A DNA stretch of 61,733 bases, filler included, from Choristocarpus tenellus KU-1152 (lineage: Eukaryota > Protista > Phaeophyceae), in NCBI GenBank assembly GCA_964200185.2. It is 14 parts of 14 records of this genome, joined end to end, with 100 filler letters (N's around TTAATTAATTAA, not from the genome) between each part and the next. Parts side by side here need not be neighbours in the genome. Positions count along the whole stretch, not along the records: positions 50,535 to 56,303 come from CAXNAD020009798.1; positions 56,404 to 59,009 come from CAXNAD020026335.1; positions 59,110 to 61,733 come from CAXNAD020026182.1; 11 more parts are not named here. One strand, 5' to 3'. This document shows positions 54,084-61,733 of the stretch, one piece after another; the first letter of the stretch is position 1; every line of letters begins with the position of its first letter. The notes beneath the pieces are model-generated. The model did not search any database and was not told where the DNA came from. It saw only the letters and a list, made by a program, of their open reading frames with translations. A program made the translations under genes and the position numbers.

Positions 54084-55113
54084 GAGTGGAAGCATCTTAG
54101 AGGGTAGAGTTTTTCCTGTTTATCCTTTTGGGGCTTGGCTTCCTACGGGTTTTTAATGACATTTACCTACTCCAAATGTTTCGGAGTAGGTAAAATGTGT
54201 GTATGTGTTACAGGCGAATAGCGAGAGCATTTTTTCTTGTGTTCCAATGAAGTGTGAGCATTTGTTACACGCGAATAGCGCGATCATTTCTTCTCATATT
54301 ATAGAAAACACGAGCATTTGTGACACACATATAGTGCGAGGATTGTTCCTCGCGTTCCAACAAGTGGGAACAATATACAAAATTAGTAACACATAGATAG
54401 CCTTACAGAATAAAGGCTGGTTTCGTAGAAGAAACAGAGTAAGATTCGGAATGCATACGTAACATTACAGAAGAAAACGTCAAAGTCCCTAAGGAGTTGC
54501 AGAATAAAGGTGTATGATTGGAGTAGGGGTAGAGCAGTTGCATAGAAGACCAAAGAAATTGGGTGGATGATCAAAATAATAAGAGGGCTTTTGGTGAAAC
54601 ACCTTAACCTCTCTTACCTACCAGCCTTACCTTTTGAACGAAACATTGAGTCAAGCTTTGAGCTAAGCACTGAGTGGAGTATCAAGAGAAGTCTATCTGA
54701 CACCCTACAGACTATTGTAAAGGGCAACGCCCCCATAGTGTCGTTTTAAGGTCGTTGGATTTGAGTTGTACATCCTGGGGAGGTGAGTTCTGAGGGGCGC
54801 CTGTAACATATGCTATGAGAAGCTTTGACCGGAACAAGGATAATGACAGTTCCTAACAATCATGATATCCAAAATTACATCAAAATCGCAACATCGTATT
54901 TTGGCCCCCAAATCACAGTGGCGATTTTGATGTTATTTTGGCTATCGTATTTGTTAGGAAGAGTCAATATCCATGTTTCGGACACACCTTTTCATAACGT
55001 ATACATTTTACCTATTCCTAAACACTTTGGAATAGGAAAATGTAATAAAAAAACATGGGAAGTCAAGCCCCAAATGGACAAACAGGGCAAAACTCGTACC
55101 CTCTAAGACACTC
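54084..55113. mobile_element. Fold-back composite of MITE family A with a nested TGT..ACA element
   Basis: GAGTG-type end at both sides; orientation switch at ~54913-54920; flanks ACCA/ATCA. Confidence 0.75.
54206..54808. mobile_element. TGTTACAGGCG...CGCCTGTAACA element (Ginger-like / solo LTR) inserted into MITE A
   Basis: Perfect 11-bp terminal inverted repeat; perfect 4-bp TSD TATG. Confidence 0.85.
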
Positions 55114-55149
55114 ATCAAATGCCACAACTCTTGTCACACTCACTGCGCT

Positions 55150-55910
55150 GCTATACCTCACTTAAGAGGAGCAGCCAAGAGAATTGAGAAGGGCGGTGAT
55201 CCCGAAGTGGTAGATGGTCTGAGACATTGACAGGCGTATTTGTTGATGGTGTGCTGCAATATGTATGAATTAGGCGGATTTGGTTCATGGGACGGTGTAG
55301 CAACAGGATGTGTTGAGTTGTTACCTGAAGATTGTGTGAGTTCCAACCATTGTAACAGGCCAGAAATGTCTCCTCTTCCACAGTTTTACAAGTATTGATG
55401 TCCCACTGAATAAGAACTGCCTTAAGTCTGTCCAGCAACGAGGCATAGCGGCACAGCATGAGTTGTGACAGTACAGCCTTAACTCACATTGTAAAACCTG
55501 AAAAGTTAGGCCTCGAGGTATGAATGTCTTCAAGACCCTCTGCCGTGGTCCTTCCTGGTTCTGGTTCTGACATCCTTCTTAAACCTCGTTGAACACATTT
55601 TAATTTTCGGTCCTTTTTTTTCTTCCCAATTTCTACCTGGGTTTGGCGCAAGCTCCCTTCTAGGATAGGGAAGAATGCCTGTGAAGGTTATGCAGAACTG
55701 GACTTAGATGGTCGGGACTGGGAGTGTTGAGAGTCGTCAAGGTATACCTTGGAAACTCCAATACCCCAGACAATGACCAACAGGTAATATAACTCACTAC
55801 ATGCTTCACAATAATTTGAAGAAGCGATGAGTGGCGTTGGCACTCTCTGCTTCAGAGTCTTATATCCACTCAGTCCTTTTCCCATGGCTTTCAAAGGTAA
55901 TGGTATTTCA
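55150..55910 (-). mobile_element. Degenerate LINE RT C-terminal remnant
   Basis: Decayed motifs ELYYLL, EIGKK, VKAVLSQLMLCRYASL; weak. Confidence 0.35.
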
Positions 55911-55917
55911 CAAAAGT

Positions 55918-56176
55918 GAGTCGAAGCATCTTAGAGGGTAGAGCTGCGTCCATTTGGGGATCAAAATGCAATGTTGCAATTTTGATGTAATTTTGACTAT
56001 TGTGTGTGTTAGTAAGTGTCAATATCCTTGTTCCGGACACAAACTTTCATAACGTATACATTTTACCTACTCCGAAATATTTGGAGTTGGAAAATGTCAT
56101 AAAAACCCCCCGAGGAAAGTCAAGTCCCAAATGGACAAACAGGGCAAACCTCGTACCCTCTAAGATACTTTCACTC
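55918..56176. mobile_element. MITE family A
   Basis: Both TIRs; perfect TSD AAGT. Confidence 0.92.
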
Positions 56177-57443
56177 AAGTGATCTTTTGTCATCCTGCGA
56201 GAAACTCAGCACCCACATCACCCCCCCCCCCCCCCCCCCCCCCTCTTTTTTGTTTTTTTTGGGGTTGTTGGGGGGAGTTTTTGTTTTTTTCGGGGGGTGG
56301 GGGNNNNNNNNNNNNNNNNNNNNNNNNNNNNNNNNNNNNNNNNNNNNTTAATTAATTAANNNNNNNNNNNNNNNNNNNNNNNNNNNNNNNNNNNNNNNNN
56401 NNNCCCTTTCCCGGTTTTGCCCCCATGGGGCCCCCCGGGGTGAGCCCCCCCCCCCCCCCCAAATACTTTGGGTCTCTTAGGTGTTTTTCTGTAGTGCTAA
56501 TAAAGCATGTTCAACTTGCCCTTGTATGGTTCCCAAAATGTACAGGTCCAACCTGAGAACAGTAAACTATCAGATCTTGATGGAGAGACTCGCAAGACAG
56601 TTGAGAAGATGATGGTGAGTTCTTAACACTAGTATGTAGTTTGTGTTGATAGAGATGGTGGGTTAGTGGGGCTGGGGCTGTGAGTGGAGAGGACTGACCC
56701 TCTCTCACCCTTGTCTTATCATCCACTATCTCAGTATGTTTGGATACATGAGTACGTGTTTGAATCTATGTTGATGAATACAGCCAGTTGCCTCAGATCA
56801 GTAGGGGAACATAGGGTGAGATTTTTGTATCATATGACAAGCTAACATTCGAATCACTAGATAGCCGGTCTGCTACTTAGCCAATAGCATGAATCACGCC
56901 CTTAGTGGCCTTGCCATGTATCTGGACCAACGAGATCTAGTGCTTCCCCCCAACACCCAGTGCATTGAATCTGTTCTGAATTTGGTTCATAGAAGTGTAT
57001 ACTACTAAGTGTAATCATTACATGGCAACCCTAACCCTGACCCTGAATGGCGCGACATACCTGCCATATACCATCGGCAACTCATTTTATAGGGTCACGC
57101 TGATGCTCAACAGAGTTAACAGAGTTGCACAATCCTAACTCTAAGTTTGTCTCAGTAGTGAAAAAGATTGACTTATTTTCCAACACCAGGAAGTCCAAAC
57201 CCTTCACCCTAGGCAAGCCGTTATCCAGTATATTTTTGTTTATTTGCAGACAGTATGAGTGTGTCAACCAATCAGGATGAAGAAATGCAGGCGACTCAGG
57301 TCTGCCAAGTAACAAAACTGTCAATTTCCATTTCCTTCAACTAACAAAACCGTCCGTCTGTGTCCATTTCCTTCAATTAACAGGCTGCCCATTTCCATTT
57401 CCTTCAACTAACAAAACCGTCCGTCTGTGTCCATTTCCATCAG

Positions 57444-57527
57444 TTCGATCAACGCCAGAAGGCGCAGGGACTACCCACAGCAGATGAGATGCAGAAGCAA
57501 GACCTACTCAAGAAGTTCATGGACCAG
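57444..57527 (+). CDS. NUDC: NudC nuclear migration protein / co-chaperone, C-terminal exon
   Basis: FDQRQKAQGLPTADEMQKQDLLKKFMDQ matches the NudC C-terminus (DQRQKxxGLPTSDE...LKKFMxQHPEMDF); cag|...|gtacag, 84 nt. Confidence 0.9.
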
Positions 57528-59308
57528 GTACAGTTACCAGATGAGACAGGGTGATCCGGGTTGAGTTAGTTCAATGTTGTGATTGCAATTGGTGATGTTG
57601 TGATTTGACTTATCGGGAGGATTGCAATTGGTGATTGATCCGTGAGGGAGGTTGTTATATTGATAGTTGGCCTTATGGCCCTTCACTTCAAGGGTCAGAG
57701 TTCCTTTTTTTAGAAGAAGAAAATTTATAATGTTGAGAGTTGTTTTCATCATGAACACTGGTATCAATGATGTACACCACTTTTTCCCTAACCCTAACCC
57801 TAGCCCTAGCCCTATTTAGAAATCCCTTGCTCTATCCCTAACCTTTGTATCTTGGTCACAAACGAGTCTTTTTCCCAGCCCAAGGTCCACTCTTCCTAAT
57901 TTGGGGGTGAGGGCTTGGAGGGGAAAGTGAGATGCCATTGATCGATTATAGCTCTGAAAGTGTTGTGTTTTCTTGAGTAGTTTTATGTTGGGAAAAATTG
58001 CAGCCCCTTGATTTATTAGTGCTTGTACATAGTATGTGCTTTTTATGCTTTGCCCATTTCATGTCATGAACAACACTACTCTCAACTAAACACCAGAACA
58101 TTTTTGGTATAATGAGACTTGTGCCAGAAGGAAATATGAATCTTGGTTCTATCTTACTGACTACTGTACCAAATTGTGTGTTCCCTGTTTTAACCAACTT
58201 CATTGAGTTTGATTGAAAGCTTGGTTGCATTTTCGACTTTAACCTCCCCAGAGCCAGTCCCTCCAAAAGTAGCACTCAGTCATTCTGTTGTATCTCAGTC
58301 GTTTGAGTAAGAATTTTCCGTTGTGTATGTGAACGACCACATGTCCTGCAAACTCCTTACACCTTACACCTTGAAAATTCCATTAATACTTCGATACCTG
58401 AAGAACAACCATGTCTCACACTAGCTTTGCTTGCATATAGCTTGATTGGAAATGCATTCACAAAATGCCCAGAACCAATTGCTATTGGGGACCAGTGCCT
58501 GAAGGATAGGTCCTTGTTTATCATTGTTTTTCCCTGGGCTTTCCGACTATTGGGAGTCCATCGGGGTCTCAATCCTATTACATACTTTATTTTCCAAGAG
58601 TGTTGTAGGTATCAGACTTTTTCCACTCAGGTATTTATTGTTGGATAATCGTGTTGAAGTGGTCTGACATCTTAAGATTGACTAGGACTTAGTCCAGGGT
58701 TAGGATTATGGTTGTGATATTTACTGAAAACTGCATAAAGCAGACCTTGGAAAGCAAGGTTGTTTCTCAAGGTATAGCCTCACTTTTTCACTTCCTTCCA
58801 TTACATATGTTGACCTCCAATATGTTTTGGTTTGTGACCCCTCCTGGTGCTTGGGACCTTTGTTGATCCCTGATCCTTGATTCGCCATTTGTTGTTTGTC
58901 TATTGTCCTTGTGAGGTGGATTAACATCAGTATTACTGTACCTAATTGTAATAGTATTCTATAGTTGACCCAAAGTATCTTGTGGGGGGGGGTCTACACC
59001 AGGGGGTCCNNNNNNNNNNNNNNNNNNNNNNNNNNNNNNNNNNNNNNNNNNNNTTAATTAATTAANNNNNNNNNNNNNNNNNNNNNNNNNNNNNNNNNNN
59101 NNNNNNNNNAGGGGAACAACTGCATGGGATGGTCGAGGTTGAGGAGCAGCAATGTGGTATTATGCAACGTACAGTAACGACTGCTCCAGTAATGACAAGG
59201 ACCGCTAGTGTCTTTAAGAACTGTTCAAAACTAGGGGATCGGATTGATACATTACTCTACCTCTCCTGTTGCACGTGCTATGACATCTATCCGTGGTGCG
59301 TTTTGTAC

Positions 59309-60068
59309 CTCTAAGGTGTCTAGATGGGAGGAGATATCCCCCGCAACAAGAAGAACGTCTTCATGATCCATGTCCGAACCCACACTTGCACCTCGACGGC
59401 TCTGCCACGACCTGATCCTGAAGGTTTAGAAACTGGCAATGAGATTATATTTGTATGACGAAGGGGTAATACCTGTGAAATAGGGTGCACTTACTAGTGC
59501 CTTGAGTGGTCCTTACACATCAACTGGAAATCATTTTGGGAGGACGAAGTGAAATATCGGAAGTTGCTGCTGGACTCACGAGTTGTCCATCCCAAGTCGA
59601 ACAATTTCCGCGTGCATGTACTATTTCAGGAGAGAAGTATCAACTACTGATCTTCAGCTACAGCTGATGTAGCTGTATGCATTCATTGACTTCTAAGTGA
59701 CTGGCTGTCTTCGAGGAACCAGACCTAATGCACTTTGGTTTACTAGCCCCTTTTTCTAAAGTGACTTCTCGTTCTTACCAGTCTAGGTTCTGGGTGTAGT
59801 CAGTATGCATGTCACTGAGGCAGTGCACTCGGATTCCCTTCCCCTCCGGAAGGATAACATCGTCAAGAGACCGTTCCAGGGCATACAGGTCACCTCGTGA
59901 TGACATCCGTGACCGCAACCTGTAGAGGCCATTCCCAGGCCTATGAATTCTAGAGAAACAAAGCGCGTTCTTTCTCGAGGTTACATCACTCCGGATCTCC
60001 CATCTCAGGCAATCTATGCCATTCAGCACCAAGAGCAAGAGGATCACTGAAGGACTCAATACCAACAT
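59309..60068 (-). CDS. Calcineurin-like metallophosphoesterase with N-terminal targeting presequence, exons 60068-59779 and 59417-59309
   Basis: Motif I RVHCLSDMHTDYTQNLDW and motif II DVLLVAGDISS; hydrophobic N-terminus MLVLSPSVILLLLVLNGIDC followed by an R/S-rich stretch; phase-2 junction compatible. Confidence 0.85.
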
Positions 60069-61267
60069 ATGCTTATCAACATTTCCACTTCTTCTCCAAG
60101 GTGTTGCGTATATTAGAATGGCATGTTTATGACTAATAAGGGTATTCAAACTTCAACATTTTGATCATTAGTAACGACGACGTATATACCTCTAAAAATG
60201 ATATTCTTCAACAGGACAAACTAGAGTGGGAGGGTGTCGTCATCAGGATTCTCGCATCGCTTACACCATGTTGGATATGTCAATGCCGCAAATCCGTCAA
60301 GGACAACCCTATACCATGGCTGAAAACGGAGAGGCTTCCATACGGTAGTTGATACAGCTTGATAGGCAAAACACCACTCGCTACCACGTGTTGACACCTG
60401 CGTCTACAATACGACTTCATCCATCCATAACTTGGGCAACTTTTCTTTAGGGAGAGGTATGCTCATCATTACTGCTGCTACTACGTCTCTAAAAAAATGT
60501 TTCGTAAGATTCTTTAGCAAGGGTGACAGTACGTCACACTCAATAAAGTGAGAGTGTTTTAGAGCTGAGCCAATTGAGAGGAAGGCAGGGTTACATTTTC
60601 AGGATCCCAAGAAAGGCCAAAAATGCGTAATTGTATACAACTGCAGGAAGAGTCTTTCCTTTTTTTTGGTGTGATTTTGTGTGTGGAAAGGAAGAACATA
60701 AATTTTGGATACACTATCATGCATATAAAAGCAATGAAATAGAGTGTATTGTGTTCATGTCGCCTGTAACAATTAAGAAAGATGACTTAGATTGCAAAAC
60801 GGTTCACACTCGCCTACCTCTCAATTGGTTTGACAGTTAGAACGCATAGAAATTAGCTTCTGGTATTGATTGATACGCCTACTCATTTGTTTCTAATTTA
60901 GTGTTCTATATTATGGTGTTGGTATACGGGGGATGTATTGACCTGTAATAGTATTAACCTCAACACGTTCTTTGTGGCAGAAAGCTTTAGGCGTCTTGGT
61001 ACAAAAGCAGAGGGATTCGTGGATGAGCTTCAACTCGTGTAGTGGGTGGTAGGGGAACTGGGGAGGTTGCGGAAAGGGGCCAGTAGTACATATGTGACAG
61101 ATTGTCCATATTATGCCACTGTACGAGTAGCGATGGGTACATTGTTCATACCCACTCATGAGAGTCATACTCCTAGTGTTAGGGTGACATTATAAAAAGC
61201 TAACCAATGGGTATGTTAGATTCACACACATCCTTCTTGGACGCACAAGATGGAAGAGAGTTGATTC

Positions 61268-61554
61268 GATCCAAAGCATTTCGGAGGGTGGGGCCACATC
61301 CATTCGGGGTCATTCATCCAATATTGCGAATTTGATGTCATTTTGGCTATCGCGTTTGTCAGCAAGTATCAATATCCTTGCTCTGGACACACCTTTCATA
61401 ATTGTGTGCATTTTACCTACTCTGAAATGTTTCGGACCAGGTAACTATGTTCACAGAAAACCGAAAAAAGGGCAAAAAAAAACTGTGGAAAGCCAAGCCC
61501 CGAACGTACAAACAGGGGAGGGGTATTCTCCTACCTTCTGAAATGCTTTGGATC
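61268..61554. mobile_element. MITE family C (related to A)
   Basis: TIR GATCCAAAGCATTTCGGAGGGT / ACCTTCTGAAATGCTTTGGATC; perfect TSD ATTC. Confidence 0.88.
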
Positions 61555-61650
61555 ATTCCTCTGTATTTCTTTGCGTTGTCCCCTCAACACACATGAGAAT
61601 GACCAGAAAATATCTAAGAATGATTGGCAGGATGATATAGACAAACTCGG

Positions 61651-61733
61651 GCTCAAAGTATCTGGAGGGGGTGGCGGCTGTCCATTTGAGGTCAATTTTT
61701 TCATGTCGCGATCTTTGGTTGATTTGGCTGCAT
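61651..61733. mobile_element. MITE family B fragment at window end
   Basis: GGCTCAAAGTATCTGGAGGGGGTGGCGGCTGTCCATTTG. Confidence 0.85.

Noticed and set aside
2880-59109. Regularly recurring TTAATTAATTAA flanked by Ns (array- or recombination-site-like)
   Set aside because: Synthetic scaffolding linker; it also invalidates any gene-cluster interpretation across contigs

Overview
Eukaryotic nuclear DNA, not prokaryotic. It is an artificial concatenation of 14 short contigs joined by identical 100-nt linkers (N44-TTAATTAATTAA-N44, stops in all frames), so adjacency across linkers has no biological meaning. Short exons in long TE-filled GT-AG introns, TTAGGG repeats and the TE content suggest a stramenopile, probably of the brown-algal lineage (inference). 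Gene fragments reconstructed from phase-compatible splice sites: CDK20/CCRK-like kinase, Rav1/DMXL (rabconnectin-3 alpha), Loa1/Vps66-like acyltransferase, a secreted Sel1-repeat protein, ISWI (SANT-SLIDE), NudC, a calcineurin-like metallophosphoesterase and one unknown 3-exon ORF. The dominant structure is a very abundant MITE group with 4-bp TSDs and GAG...CTC-type ends (Sola2-like). It has three subfamilies, nests into itself and other TEs, and its poly-G variant sits at many contig breaks. Also present: a TGTTACAGG...CCTGTAACA element with 4-bp TSD (Ginger-like or solo LTR, 3 copies), two mariner relics with DD40D spacing, an IS630/Tc1-like relic, copia, RTE-type and RLE-type non-LTR relics, a decayed element with a DEDD-exonuclease-like motif, and interstitial telomere-like repeats.
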